Shown one piece after another: positions 44,968-56,056 of a stretch of DNA of 64,000 nucleotides. The stretch is taken from NCBI GenBank assembly GCA_002293725.1, contig DBDU01000015.1:19793-83792 (forward strand), written 5' to 3'. The stretch comes from Patescibacteria group bacterium UBA924. GTDB taxonomy: Bacteria; Patescibacteriota; Microgenomatia; UBA1400; PJMF01. Numbering within the stretch: the stretch's first letter is position 1; the number at the start of each line of letters is the position of its first letter. The position numbers and the translations under genes are program-made. Below the pieces are notes generated by a model, which made no database searches, was not told the DNA's origin, and was given only the letters and a program-made list of their open reading frames with translations.

Positions 44968-45959
44968 ACAGCAGGAACAGTTCTGTTATGAAATGTCCGA
45001 AACGAGTATTTTGCTAGAAGGTCTGAAAAACGTACCGTCTTGGAGTATCCCGCCAAAGTTTTTCGCCGATAACGGAGTAATTGCGGAAACATGTGAGTGG
45101 TTTCGCCAATGATCTTCGGATACGTCAACATCCCATTCGTTACACTACCATATAGGCAAAGCCAGACTTGCACCAGCAAGATATTAAACATATTTCTGAA
45201 AATTACTGTCACTGGCCAACAACAGATAATTACCCACAACAGATTTCGATATGTGTGATAAAGCGCGAAGCGATTTTTTCTTCCTCCTGAGCTCAGTGAG
45301 CCATGATGGTAGACGTTTAAGTTTCTATCTTTCTTAATTACTCCTCCCATCATGCAGATCCGAAGGCTAAGATCAACATCTTCAAGATAGTAAAAGTAAA
45401 GCGGATTGAAAAAGTACCCATACTGCTGAGTAAGTTTTTGAATAAGTGAAAACCTGATAGCTATACACCCTGCGGTAGCCAAAGTTGTATGAATATCTTC
45501 ACTTCTACAGTTTTTAGCATAACCAGAACGAAAGTACTCAACGCCAAACGACTCTATCTGTTGAGGGTTTGATGCTTCGAAGATACAAGGTGCGTAAACA
45601 TCAACTTTTTCTTGCTTTTGCTGACTTAAACTAGCCAGTCTTTTTATAAAATCTTTTCTTAACCAGGCATCATCATTTAAAAGGAGTACCCAATCTATTT
45701 TTGCTGGTTGATGAAGTAACAGCTGGATAGCCTCATTATTCAACTCACCAAATCCAAACCCGGAAGGTGCCGATACAAAGATAACGGTCGAAAAACGTTT
45801 TTTGATAACTTGCGTCGGTTTTTTATCAGAAACGATATACGTCGTAATCTTAGCTACTTTTGATTGCTCTTGAATACTCTTTACACAAGTAGTCAAATGA
45901 GCCAAGTGTTTGGGTTCAAGTGTTGAAGGGATAATGACTGCCACATGAAGATGGGGCAT
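44964..45959 (-). CDS. Glycosyltransferase family 2
   Basis: GFG...N, LLLNDDA and YYLEDVDLSLR. ATG at 45959 chosen to avoid overlap with the divergent gene. Confidence 0.88.
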   Translation of the reverse strand: MPHLHVAVIIPSTLEPKHLAHLTTCVKSIQEQSKVAKITTYIVSDKKPTQVIKKRFSTVIFVSAPSGFGFGELNNEAIQLLLHQPAKIDWVLLLNDDAWLRKDFIKRLASLSQQKQEKVDVYAPCIFEASNPQQIESFGVEYFRSGYAKNCRSEDIHTTLATAGCIAIRFSLIQKLTQQYGYFFNPLYFYYLEDVDLSLRICMMGGVIKKDRNLNVYHHGSLSSGGRKNRFALYHTYRNLLWVIICCWPVTVIFRNMFNILLVQVWLCLYGSVTNGMLTYPKIIGETTHMFPQLLRYRRKTLAGYSKTVRFSDLLAKYSFRTFHNRTVPAV

Positions 45960-45972
45960 AATACGCTGTTGT

Positions 45973-48189
45973 ATGGTCATCGCTCGCAAAGAACTTTTTT
46001 CGCCACTTTTTCTTTCTACTTGCTTTGGATCACTGTACTTTCTGCTCTTATTTTTTTCTGACACTCAGTACTTACTGTGGTTTGGTCCAGCCTTGCTGAT
46101 ATTGTACTTAGTTACAGCGTATTACAAGCTCAGAACGGACGCAAAATCTTTCCAAGCGGGACAAAGCTTTATTTCGATCGGCTGCTTGGCAGTCGTGCTT
46201 CTTCTGTTCGCCCTTATTCCTGTGAGCATCTCTATCCCACTGGCCATTGGCCGGTGGCTGGTGCTCGCCTTGGCAGGAATAAGCTTTAGTGTTTTTTATG
46301 CCGTACCGCTTTTCAAGTCCGAAGAACAAAGTGTTTTTCTTAAAACCATCTTATGTGTCAATGTCTTATTCGTTTGTCTCAGCATCTTCTTTTTGTCATT
46401 CGATGGCTTAGTTGATTTTCTGCCCTCTCGAAGTTTGGTTAGTTTCTTAGTTGGTCATAACCATGCATACATCCTCTTCCTGTGTGGATTTCCTTTAGCA
46501 ACGTACTTTGCTCTAACAAGTAAAAGGAACCTCGTCTGGATTGTATTGATGTTTCTCTTCTTTTTAGGCACAGTGCTTTCTTTTAGTAGGTTTGGCCTTC
46601 TCTTTCTGGCTATTGAGATAGGATATGTTCTTACCGTTTTCAAATGGAAAACAGCAAAAGTAGTTCAAAAAATCCTTCAGCTTTTTTTAGGTTTGAGCCT
46701 TTTATACGGAGCCGCCCTTTTCTTTTTTTCCGCCCTTCCCCAACTCAGTTTTGGCCAGAACTGTAAGTCTCCCATCTTTCAAGATCAACTTTGCAAAAAC
46801 ATTCAGGCTGATATGCGTCTTGAATACTGGCGCCAGGCGGCACGAGTTATTTCAGACCATCCCTTAATTGGTGCCGGCGGCAGTGCTTTTCGAGTGTTGT
46901 CATACAAGTATCGGAAAGATGAGTTCTCATTCACTTCTACACCACATAATGAGTATTTACAGCTGATTGTCGAGTACGGACTAGTAGGAATGGGAATCGT
47001 AGTTCTTTATCTTTGGGCTCTTTTCTCCCTGCTCAGAAAGTGGAAAACACAGAATGCTCTTACTCAAACATTAATCTTTATTTTGTGCATCGTAAGTGCA
47101 GATGCTCTGTTTAACTTTAACTGGGCATTTCCTGGCTATACACTGCTACTCGCCACACTTTTTGGTATCACCTTTCGACGAGCTGAAATAGCCAAGAATT
47201 TTGTGCCACCACTTCGCTTCTCACCGCTGCTTCTTTTAGGAGCATTTTTAATAACTTCTCTGCCAGTATTTTGGCTCAGTGGACGCTTCATTCATGCCGA
47301 GCTTTTACTAGGAAACAACCTGACACAGTACGTGAAACGGTTTCCTTTCTTAATTGACAAGTCTTTGACAGCCGTCCGTAGTACCGACGTCCCACTAGAA
47401 GTAAAGGAAGATCTTTTCTCTCTTTATCGGAATCATCCTGCATTTACGGATGTGGCTCTTGACCTTGAGCTTGATCCTCAGAAAAGAATGGCTGTGTTTG
47501 CTCGCACTGTCCCCCTAGATCCATACGATGCCAACCTACGTATTCAATACATGATACTTGCTGCGCAAACGGATCAACCTGATATCGTGATCGAGAATGC
47601 CGAAGCGCTATTAAAGATCTTCAATGTTCATGAACGCCATGAGATCAAGTTTTCCTATCCTGACTATCTAGAACGGCTGATCACCTATGCAAACCAACTT
47701 GCCAAAAATGATCCATCAAAAGCACGAGAGATTACGATTCTTGCGTATCAGTTTGAACCTTGGCGAGTGAATGATGTCTCTACTCTTTTTTTTCAAGAAC
47801 CGAGTGCTTTCTCAACACGTGACGTTACTCTCATCTTAGAGTCCACACCTAAGGTAGAACTATGGAAGTATGCAGAGACTCTGCCAGCTTGGTTACTAGA
47901 AAAAATGCTTACCTCCATTGAAGAAGAGAACTTTTCTATGCTCCCACAGAACCTTACTTTGCTACTGACTCGCACGAACATTGGCCCGCATGTGATCTGG
48001 GGAAAAGCATCACAAGCCTTTACAGAGAAGTTGAATAAACTAGAAGTACACAGTCCCGAGACTTTCTTACAAAAGCAGCAGATCATCAAATCCTGGCAAG
48101 AAAGCCTTGCAACCATCAAGAAATTTGGTACTGTTGGCGATACTACTATTGAAGAGTGGAATACACAGGTAGAGTCGTTTGCCCATTAA
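45973..48189 (+). CDS. O-antigen ligase / O-oligosaccharyltransferase-like (Wzy_C) protein with helical C-terminal domain
   Basis: About 12 TMs, SFSR.G, R..YW..A, PLIG.G and HNEYLQ..VEYG..G. Confidence 0.85.
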   Translation: MVIARKELFSPLFLSTCFGSLYFLLLFFSDTQYLLWFGPALLILYLVTAYYKLRTDAKSFQAGQSFISIGCLAVVLLLFALIPVSISIPLAIGRWLVLALAGISFSVFYAVPLFKSEEQSVFLKTILCVNVLFVCLSIFFLSFDGLVDFLPSRSLVSFLVGHNHAYILFLCGFPLATYFALTSKRNLVWIVLMFLFFLGTVLSFSRFGLLFLAIEIGYVLTVFKWKTAKVVQKILQLFLGLSLLYGAALFFFSALPQLSFGQNCKSPIFQDQLCKNIQADMRLEYWRQAARVISDHPLIGAGGSAFRVLSYKYRKDEFSFTSTPHNEYLQLIVEYGLVGMGIVVLYLWALFSLLRKWKTQNALTQTLIFILCIVSADALFNFNWAFPGYTLLLATLFGITFRRAEIAKNFVPPLRFSPLLLLGAFLITSLPVFWLSGRFIHAELLLGNNLTQYVKRFPFLIDKSLTAVRSTDVPLEVKEDLFSLYRNHPAFTDVALDLELDPQKRMAVFARTVPLDPYDANLRIQYMILAAQTDQPDIVIENAEALLKIFNVHERHEIKFSYPDYLERLITYANQLAKNDPSKAREITILAYQFEPWRVNDVSTLFFQEPSAFSTRDVTLILESTPKVELWKYAETLPAWLLEKMLTSIEEENFSMLPQNLTLLLTRTNIGPHVIWGKASQAFTEKLNKLEVHSPETFLQKQQIIKSWQESLATIKKFGTVGDTTIEEWNTQVESFAH

Positions 48190-48207
48190 CGTTCTCAACA
48201 GGAATGC

Positions 48208-49050
48208 ATGTCGAGAGCTAAGTTTTCATTTTTTTCTCAGTACTCGTCAGTCTATGGCATAGTGTATGCGCTTCGTGGGGACGGGATTCCAGATAAAAGA
48301 ATTGCTCAAGCACTCCGAAGCAATAACCAGCGACAAGCCTTGCGGATCGCCTTAGGATCAAGTTCAGCCCGACATCGTTACTTGGCGCTCGGACTTCTTT
48401 TTTTGAAAGAACGGTTGCATTGGCTGCCCCCATTTCAAGTAATGCTGTGGGTTTTCAGAATTATCGGACCATCGAGATCTTGGTTCGCTTATTTGCAACA
48501 ACAGAATCGTTCTTCCCTGGTGTTAACCAAGGAAATCTTAGGACAAACGCCAAGTCGAGCTGAACTGATTTTGGATGTCGGGAGTGGACTAGGAGATCTC
48601 CCCAAGATGTTCCCAGTTAACCGAAAACGAAGATGGATCTGTATAGACAAGAATTTTTTCTCACTTTTCTTGGCCCAGCTCTATAACAAACGCCAAGATA
48701 TTACGTATGTTTGTGGAGATATTGAGTTGCAACGACTTTTTCCTGATCGTACTTTTGAACGAGTCGTCTGTGCCGACTGTTTTGCCTATATCTATGAGAA
48801 ACCCGCTTTCACTCACCAAGTTCATCGTCTTTTAAAGAGTAAAGGAACATTTGTGATGGTTAATGTTCACGAAGAACAACGCGGAACGGAGAGTTGGGGA
48901 TACGGTATCCCCCATCATCAGATGCAAGGTATACTGCGAAAGCTATTTACCACATTTTCATGGTATGACGTACGACAGCCTAAAGCTGGACCTATTCGTC
49001 GTTTCAGCTTGCTAGACTCTACCAACTACAGCTTTGTTGCGTACAAGTAA
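48208..49050 (+). CDS. Class I SAM-dependent methyltransferase
   Basis: ILDVGSGLG, ID, CGD, F..V and RLLK..G. Confidence 0.85.
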   Translation: MSRAKFSFFSQYSSVYGIVYALRGDGIPDKRIAQALRSNNQRQALRIALGSSSARHRYLALGLLFLKERLHWLPPFQVMLWVFRIIGPSRSWFAYLQQQNRSSLVLTKEILGQTPSRAELILDVGSGLGDLPKMFPVNRKRRWICIDKNFFSLFLAQLYNKRQDITYVCGDIELQRLFPDRTFERVVCADCFAYIYEKPAFTHQVHRLLKSKGTFVMVNVHEEQRGTESWGYGIPHHQMQGILRKLFTTFSWYDVRQPKAGPIRRFSLLDSTNYSFVAYK

Positions 49051-49054
49051 GATT

Positions 49055-50194
49055 ATGCAGATATTAGCAATCTTGGAACACGACAGTGGTGGAGAGCTTA
49101 AAGCAGCCAAGTCACTTTTAGATGCCGTTACACGAACTGGTTCTCCAGTTATGTATACGTATGGAGCGCCGCTACGCCGCACAGGACTCCTTCACTACCT
49201 GTTCTGGATCGTCACTTCCCTCGTTCAGAGCTCTTGGCTGGCACTCAAACATCGACGGTTTGAGGTTGTATATACCACCTCTTATACCGCTGCGTTGGGG
49301 TCTTTGATTGCTCGACCTTTTACCCAGCAATTTATCTGCTTTCACTATCACGGAAGTCGGATCCCACCTCAAGAAGTTCCTGATACAAGCTGGTTGCAGC
49401 GTCATACGCAGTCTATCAAGCACGCTATGGTGAGTTACCTTCATCGATGGACATGGTCTCAAGTCAATCTCTTCATCTCTCCTTCGGAACACACCCAACT
49501 GAGGTTGGCAAAAAGCTTCCCTAACTTAGGAAGAGCTCAACTTATTCTTCCTAATGGCGTAGACACAACATTCTTCTATCCGGTGAGCGAAGCATACAAA
49601 CAAAAGTTGCGAAAACAGTTTCATATCCCTAAAACAGCACTCGTCTGTTTGGTAATTGCTCGTGCAGAACCTCAAAAAAAGATAGAGGACTCTATTGCTT
49701 TTATTACCGATATTCAGCGATACAGCCGCAAACAAGTTCTGCTCCTCCTCGCTACTCCCCAGATTGGAAATAACCCTGAATATCTTGTTTCTTTACAGCA
49801 GTTTTTAGCTCGTACAGAGCTACCTCATCTGTTGATTCAGGATCATCCGAATACTCCTGAACTGTACCAAGTAAGCGACTGTGTAATTAGTCATTCCCTT
49901 CAGGAGGTTTTTCCTCTAGTCTTACTTGAAGCAAGCGCCTGTGGAGTGCCTTACTTTGCAAAGAAGAACGGGGCGGTCGAACATTACCTTGTCCCACTTG
50001 ACCCAAACCTGATTTTGTCAGATGACTCAGTCCAAGCCGCCCGTCAGGTACTTTCCATCACACACAAGCAGAAACGAGCTGAGCTTCTCCGCCAATTTGC
50101 CTGTCACCATACTTGGCAAGCGAGCGCCTCACTTCTACTGATAACCTTACAAAAACAACGAAGAAATGAAAAAAAAAGTTTCGCCACCATTTAG
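49055..50194 (+). CDS. Glycosyltransferase family 4
   Basis: GGE, HG, PNGVD and S..EVFPLVLLEA.ACG.P. Confidence 0.88.
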   Translation: MQILAILEHDSGGELKAAKSLLDAVTRTGSPVMYTYGAPLRRTGLLHYLFWIVTSLVQSSWLALKHRRFEVVYTTSYTAALGSLIARPFTQQFICFHYHGSRIPPQEVPDTSWLQRHTQSIKHAMVSYLHRWTWSQVNLFISPSEHTQLRLAKSFPNLGRAQLILPNGVDTTFFYPVSEAYKQKLRKQFHIPKTALVCLVIARAEPQKKIEDSIAFITDIQRYSRKQVLLLLATPQIGNNPEYLVSLQQFLARTELPHLLIQDHPNTPELYQVSDCVISHSLQEVFPLVLLEASACGVPYFAKKNGAVEHYLVPLDPNLILSDDSVQAARQVLSITHKQKRAELLRQFACHHTWQASASLLLITLQKQRRNEKKSFATI

Positions 50195-53111
50195 TCTGCT
50201 CCGAAACTGCCTCCGTTTACGGTACCTTTTTGTTATTACTGTGCTGCTTATAGGGGTAGTCATTTGGCAAGCACTCCAACCTCCCCCATGGTGGCAGTTT
50301 GCTCTCGGTGAACAGATTACTCAGCAACCTGTTCCCTTTAGGGATAGCGTTATTTTGGCAACAAACCATGGGACGATCACTGCGATTGATCAGCGATCAG
50401 GTAAGGTTCGCTGGGAGTATCAAAGAGCGAAAGAGATTTTTTCTCAACCCACCATAAAACACGGCAAACTTTTTGTCGCATACAACGACAGTGTGATCGT
50501 AGCTTTAAACCCCAATGATGGCTCTTTGAGTTGGCAGCATGCTATACCAAATGGCAGTACTATTCATGGAAATGTGCTAATTACTGAGACGAAGTTTATT
50601 TATGGTGACGCTGAAGGCAATGTGCGTGGCCTTTCACTGCGAACTGGCGAAGTCGCTTGGTCTCTATCGACACCCCAACCTGAGTCCGTTGACCAACTAT
50701 TAACTAAAGATGGCTTACAGTGGTTTGGTTATATTTTGATGGATAGAGGCGAACTCTACATCGTGCGTACTCACGGTCTCGTTTTTTCAGTGAATCCAGA
50801 TAATGGCAAAGTTCGCTGGGAACAAAAAGTGGCAGGAACCTTAGTTGCTGATCCTTTAATCACCAGGACAAGCATCTTATTAAGCACCAATGCCGTTTCG
50901 CTGGCTTCAATTCAGCGGCAAAATGGCGAACTAACAGTTGCAACTAAAACTGAAAACGCTAGCCAGGTGTACTGCCAAATTGAGTTCAGTCAAAAGGGGG
51001 CTTTAACTGATTTACTAGAAAGAACCAAGCAACTTCGACCTAAAAAAAACTTGGTCTATGAAACAGAACGCAGTCAACAAATTGTTCAAATCGATACGAC
51101 CGGAAAGTTGGTTAGTTATCGTAGATCTAACTTAGAGCCGATCTGGCAGTTAGAGCTTGGATACCAACCCAAAAGATGTTTCTATGATCAAAAGGAAGGA
51201 CTGTATGTAACATCTGCTGAAGGTAAGTTAACTAAGGTAGCTTTATCTACTCAAAAAATAAGTTGGGAGAAACAGTTTGCACAGAAACTGTTGTCTATTT
51301 CCTCAATTCAAAAACCACAAACCTTAAATAAGCAGCGTTACAACCCTGACTACTACACAGAGTACTTATTTGTCACTGATGAGAATGAAACTCTCTATCG
51401 CCTCAAATCTTCTACTGGTGAAATCAACTGGCAGTTTCAAACAGATGGGAGTGTCTACATTGGGCCTACTTTACTCCATGGCAGGCTTTTCATCGTTAGT
51501 ACCAATGGTGGTTTATATAGACTATTGGCAACAAATGGCAAACCTGATCAACCTACTCTTTTTCAACCAAAGGTACAGGTTGATGCCAACACAAATAGTG
51601 TGGAACAAAGTCAAATATACGAGCTACAGCTTCGTTCACCTTCAAATAGGTACGCAAACCCACATACAGCTGTAGCTATTCAAGCAGAGTTTAAAAATCA
51701 GGAAGGAAGAGTCATTCCAATTCAGGGCTTCTTCTATGATACCAATGAGTGGCGCATTCGATTTAACCCTCCTACTGCTGGTAAGTGGGAGTGGACAGCC
51801 ACTTGGGGTGATGCATTTGGAACGCAACACCTTTCTGGTCAGTTTGAAAGCCAACGAGCACACACCTATCTTCATCCTGCACCCGATGCACCTAAATGGT
51901 TAACAAAAGATAATCAAACCATTACCTCTTTGGTTGGTATCAACGACTGCATCACGGACCGAAACTTTGATGGCTCTCCTTTGAATGACTTTTACATTGG
52001 CGATGACTCTTATAAGGTAGCTACGATAGCTGGTGAGGTTCCACAGACACTTCGTTTTAATACGAAGTTAGTTCCATTAACTACTTTCCTAGATACGTAT
52101 CGCACTGGATTTAATACCTTCCGTCAAGGTGTGAGTAACTGTTCACCTTTTCTTTCTTATCCAGGAGATATTATTTCTTCAAAGTTTCTGATACCGGAAG
52201 GAAAACAACATGATGAACTTAGCCGCCAACTCTATGAGAAGGACTACATCGTCTGGTTCACTATGTTTGGTTTCTCACTGCCATTTGGGGAAGATCTCAC
52301 TTATCCAGACGAGAAGTTTGCAATCGAGAAGTATGTTCAGTATGTCGTGGCAAGATACGGAGCATATGTAGATATTTGGGAAATCAGTAATGAAGCCGTA
52401 GCAAGCGATAAATACGTTCAACGTATTGCTGAGTATATTCAAAAGTACGATCCTTATCAGAGACTGATCAGCGTCAGCTGGGAAAAACCTGCACTAAAAG
52501 AAATTACTTTGATCTCACCACATTGGTACCAGTCAGAGCTTGACTCCGAATCTGACTTAGCTACGGTAGCTCAAATTGACAAGTTTAAAACATACCAAAA
52601 ACCGGTGATCTTTGGTGAACAAGGTAACCAAATAAAAAATTGGGACGAAACTTCAGCTGATCGAATGAGAGTACGGATTTGGACAGCTTTTTTCAATCAA
52701 GCTTCACTTATTTTTTGGAATCAAAGTAATGATCGCAACTTCTACAACCCAACCTACCAGAATAGTAACCTCTTTCTGGGTGAAGTCGAACGAGGATACG
52801 CTGGCACTTTTCTTCAACTGACCAAGGATTTGGCTTTAGATCTTCAACCAACCAAAGGTGAAACTCAAGGTACGGTTCGATCATACCAACTTCAAAATCA
52901 GAGTACTGTACTCACGTATTTCTTTAACTCCGCAGTAGCTGAAAAGAAAAACATTTTGACTACCAATACACTCAATACGTCAGCTCGTTATGAATGGTTC
53001 GATACTCGTACAGGTGAGCTTCTCAGCAGTGGAGAAGTTGAACGGAATGCAGCTATTTCTTCACCACTTTTTTCAGTCGATATCTTTTTGAAGGTGACTG
53101 CTCTTCAGTAG
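50166..53111 (+). CDS. PQQ-like beta-propeller fused to DUF5060 and a clan GH-A TIM-barrel glycoside hydrolase-like domain
   Basis: N-terminal TM and repeated A.D...G...W blades. NP......A.F...GF.D...W.IRF.P...G.W (DUF5060-like). YVVARYGA, WEISNE and VIFGE (putative catalytic Glu pair). Confidence 0.8.
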   Translation: MKKKVSPPFSLLRNCLRLRYLFVITVLLIGVVIWQALQPPPWWQFALGEQITQQPVPFRDSVILATNHGTITAIDQRSGKVRWEYQRAKEIFSQPTIKHGKLFVAYNDSVIVALNPNDGSLSWQHAIPNGSTIHGNVLITETKFIYGDAEGNVRGLSLRTGEVAWSLSTPQPESVDQLLTKDGLQWFGYILMDRGELYIVRTHGLVFSVNPDNGKVRWEQKVAGTLVADPLITRTSILLSTNAVSLASIQRQNGELTVATKTENASQVYCQIEFSQKGALTDLLERTKQLRPKKNLVYETERSQQIVQIDTTGKLVSYRRSNLEPIWQLELGYQPKRCFYDQKEGLYVTSAEGKLTKVALSTQKISWEKQFAQKLLSISSIQKPQTLNKQRYNPDYYTEYLFVTDENETLYRLKSSTGEINWQFQTDGSVYIGPTLLHGRLFIVSTNGGLYRLLATNGKPDQPTLFQPKVQVDANTNSVEQSQIYELQLRSPSNRYANPHTAVAIQAEFKNQEGRVIPIQGFFYDTNEWRIRFNPPTAGKWEWTATWGDAFGTQHLSGQFESQRAHTYLHPAPDAPKWLTKDNQTITSLVGINDCITDRNFDGSPLNDFYIGDDSYKVATIAGEVPQTLRFNTKLVPLTTFLDTYRTGFNTFRQGVSNCSPFLSYPGDIISSKFLIPEGKQHDELSRQLYEKDYIVWFTMFGFSLPFGEDLTYPDEKFAIEKYVQYVVARYGAYVDIWEISNEAVASDKYVQRIAEYIQKYDPYQRLISVSWEKPALKEITLISPHWYQSELDSESDLATVAQIDKFKTYQKPVIFGEQGNQIKNWDETSADRMRVRIWTAFFNQASLIFWNQSNDRNFYNPTYQNSNLFLGEVERGYAGTFLQLTKDLALDLQPTKGETQGTVRSYQLQNQSTVLTYFFNSAVAEKKNILTTNTLNTSARYEWFDTRTGELLSSGEVERNAAISSPLFSVDIFLKVTALQ

Positions 53112-54291
53112 AGTGAAGATTCTCAAAGTTTAACAAAGATAAGAAGAGTGATGAGAAGAATGATTGAATACCTAGAATTATAAAAACAACTCCCGGAATA
53201 AAAATTCTCATTGTCATTCTGGGGTTTAAGTTTCCTAGATCTTTCTCTAACCAGTACCAAGCAGTCCAGCCACAAAAAAGTAGTCCCAAAACAAAAACAA
53301 CTCCGCCAATTCCCATTATCAGTTCATTATTTTTTTTACTTAGTTTTTCAATAATCGAGGGAGACCTAACGGGAAGATCAATTCTTTGTGCGAATGCATG
53401 TACACAAAATGACCAATGAAAAAGTTGGTATCCAACTATGAGCAGAGCACCCAAAACCAACATGGTGTGTACTCCAAATGCAATTTCTCCGATCTGGACA
53501 CTTTCCATAATCATATATGAAAGAAGAAACAAAGATGTTAACAGCAAAATAATAGCTGGATAGAAAAAGATCCAAGTTGGTGAAAATAACATCAAAAAGC
53601 GTAAGTGCCGCCAACCATCTCTAAACGTGCGAATATGTGACTTCCGACCCCGCCCATCTTTACGGTAAGGAACCGGGACTTGGCCTATCTTAAAATTGAG
53701 CAGCTTAGCTCTGACTATCATCTCTGACGCAAACTCCATTCCCACGCTGTGAAGATGAAGCTCTGCGACTTTGCTTTTTCTTATTGCTCTAACTCCCGAG
53801 TGATAATCTCCTAAGGAGGTATTAAAAAAAACATTCGCGATCGTGGTTAAGAGAGGGTTCCCAATATAACGATGGAGGAAAGGCATGGCATCAGGCTCAA
53901 TTCCACCTGCAAACCTATTCCCAATTACCAACTCATCACCAGCTGCCAGTTTGTTCACGAAAGGCGTCAAGTTGCTTAAATCGTAGCTTAAATCAGCATC
54001 CGCAATAATAATGAATGCATATTTAGCTTTGCGTAAGCCTGCGTAGATAGCGGCTCCATATCCCCTTTTTCTTTCCACGATCACCCGAGCCCCGGCTTGC
54101 CGAGCAACTTGGATAGAAGCGTCCGTACTTCCATTATCAACGACGAGAACTTCTCCAGTTTTTCTTCCTAACCACTTTTTAGCCTCTTTCACACACTTGC
54201 CAACCGTTTTTTCTTCATTTAAGCATGGAAGTACTATCGATACTGAGTATTTCTGAGGCTTCGCTTTTCGTGCTATTCTCTCTTGATACAT
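53053..54291 (-). CDS. Glycosyltransferase family 2 (polyprenol-phosphate glycosyltransferase-like) with C-terminal TMs
   Basis: PCLNEE, VDNGSTD, RGYG, DADLSYD, GMEFASEM and RDGWRHLR. Confidence 0.92.
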   Translation of the reverse strand: MYQERIARKAKPQKYSVSIVLPCLNEEKTVGKCVKEAKKWLGRKTGEVLVVDNGSTDASIQVARQAGARVIVERKRGYGAAIYAGLRKAKYAFIIIADADLSYDLSNLTPFVNKLAAGDELVIGNRFAGGIEPDAMPFLHRYIGNPLLTTIANVFFNTSLGDYHSGVRAIRKSKVAELHLHSVGMEFASEMIVRAKLLNFKIGQVPVPYRKDGRGRKSHIRTFRDGWRHLRFLMLFSPTWIFFYPAIILLLTSLFLLSYMIMESVQIGEIAFGVHTMLVLGALLIVGYQLFHWSFCVHAFAQRIDLPVRSPSIIEKLSKKNNELIMGIGGVVFVLGLLFCGWTAWYWLEKDLGNLNPRMTMRIFIPGVVFIILGIQSFFSSLFLSLLNFENLHSTEEQSPSKRYRLKKVVKK

Positions 54292-54322
54292 AATTCTCTC
54301 TTTATAGCTTGTGCGTCGTTGA

Positions 54323-56056
54323 ATGCAACTCAAGAAACTTCGTTTTTCTTTACTTTCTTTTTTCTGGATTTTACTCTTCTGTGGAGTCGTATTATTTCGT
54401 TTCTGGCTCGTTGATGTACAAGATCTGACTTATCAAGGATCAGGATACCATGATGATCGATTATTTATCGAACATTCTAGATCAATTTATAACGGTGAGT
54501 GGCTTGGTCCATTTACGCAAACTACCTTAGCTAAAGGTCCCTTTTACCCGTTTTTCATTGCGTCACTGCGGTTTTTAGGGGTTCCACTCTTACTAGGGCA
54601 GAACATTCTGTATGTTCTCGCCGTTTCAGCAATCTGTTGGTCCCTTCACCCTATTTTAAAAAAAAGATGGCTAACTTTCCTTCTCTTTGTGATCCTCATG
54701 TTTCAACCAGCTGGCTTTGAGTCAGATGTCACCGCTCGAGTCATTCGGGCTGGCGTAAGTGTTAGCCTAACACTTTTAATTTTAGCTGGACTTATTCGTG
54801 CCTTTGTCTCTCCTCTTCGCCCTCTAAACTCTATTGTGTTGGGAAGTGCTACCGGACTATTCATTGCCGCTTTTTGGATGAACAGAGAAGACAATATTTG
54901 GCTCATTCCAGCTGTCATTATCTTGCTGACTGGAATATGGATTCGTGCTTTTATCCAACGAAAAATCAATCGACCACTTTTCACTTTCAGTTCTGCCTTA
55001 CTGTGTTTCTTATCTATTCCCATTCTGGTAGTAATGATCTTAAACGCACATTACTACCAACTGTTTGTTATTACTGACTTTCAACACTCAGCATTTCCTT
55101 CAGCCTATGGATCGTTAGTAAACGTCAAGCCTGAGCAGAGATACCCATATGTTCCCGTCACTGCCAGTACTCGACACGCAATTTACCAAGTAAGTCCGTT
55201 GTTCAAGCAGCTTGAACCCGTCTTAGAAGATCAGCTGGCCGCTGACTGGGCAACCTATAGCCAAGAACTAACAGGTTTTCCTCCACAGAAAAAAGAAATT
55301 GGGGGTGGCTGGTGGATGTGGGCTCTCCGTGATGCTGTCTTTCTGACTGGACACTACACATCAGGCGCAGACGCAGCTGCCTACTACATGCAACTTTCCG
55401 AAGAGGTGACACGACTCTGTGAAGAAAAGAAGTTAAGCTGTTACTCCACTGAAGAGAGTCTCTCATTTCTGTTTTTAAGACACGGCTTACAACCAAGAAA
55501 TGGGCTTCAGCCTTATCTCGACAACGAAGATTTCATTAAGATCATAACCAAAACACCTCAAGTTTTTTTGTTGTACTTTGCCGACGATATTTTCTCACCG
55601 TTTAACCAACCTTCTGATGGAACAGCTGCCGAAGCCCGTATTTTTCAGACAGCTACCAATGAAAAACTTTTTTTTAACCAAAGCTACTTCTTTGAAGATT
55701 GGAACCTTGTAGACTGGACTGCACGAAGATTTCGAATCCTTGAAAACATCTCCATGTACTATCAAACTTGGACAGTGTTTGTCGTTATCATCGGAATTGG
55801 GTGCTTCTTACATTTAGCTTATCTGAGAGATACCATGGCAGTTCCACTTTTAGCCATCTTGGCTTCAGGTGGGTTGCTTTTCTTTATTGTGACAACAATT
55901 GATCTCACTTCATTTCCAGCGTATGGGAACATTTACTTAGCAGCCGAGTACCCTCTCTTTATTATCTTTTCATTTGTGAGTATTTATCGTTATACCACTC
56001 TGACATTCACGCGAATAAAACGTTACCGTTCGAGAAAAGCAAAAGATTTGTCCTGA
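54323..56056 (+). CDS. Multi-TM GT-C-like membrane glycosyltransferase
   Basis: HDD acidic motif after TM1, L.KGP.YP.F, REDN and multiple TMs. Confidence 0.6.
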   Translation: MQLKKLRFSLLSFFWILLFCGVVLFRFWLVDVQDLTYQGSGYHDDRLFIEHSRSIYNGEWLGPFTQTTLAKGPFYPFFIASLRFLGVPLLLGQNILYVLAVSAICWSLHPILKKRWLTFLLFVILMFQPAGFESDVTARVIRAGVSVSLTLLILAGLIRAFVSPLRPLNSIVLGSATGLFIAAFWMNREDNIWLIPAVIILLTGIWIRAFIQRKINRPLFTFSSALLCFLSIPILVVMILNAHYYQLFVITDFQHSAFPSAYGSLVNVKPEQRYPYVPVTASTRHAIYQVSPLFKQLEPVLEDQLAADWATYSQELTGFPPQKKEIGGGWWMWALRDAVFLTGHYTSGADAAAYYMQLSEEVTRLCEEKKLSCYSTEESLSFLFLRHGLQPRNGLQPYLDNEDFIKIITKTPQVFLLYFADDIFSPFNQPSDGTAAEARIFQTATNEKLFFNQSYFFEDWNLVDWTARRFRILENISMYYQTWTVFVVIIGIGCFLHLAYLRDTMAVPLLAILASGGLLFFIVTTIDLTSFPAYGNIYLAAEYPLFIIFSFVSIYRYTTLTFTRIKRYRSRKAKDLS

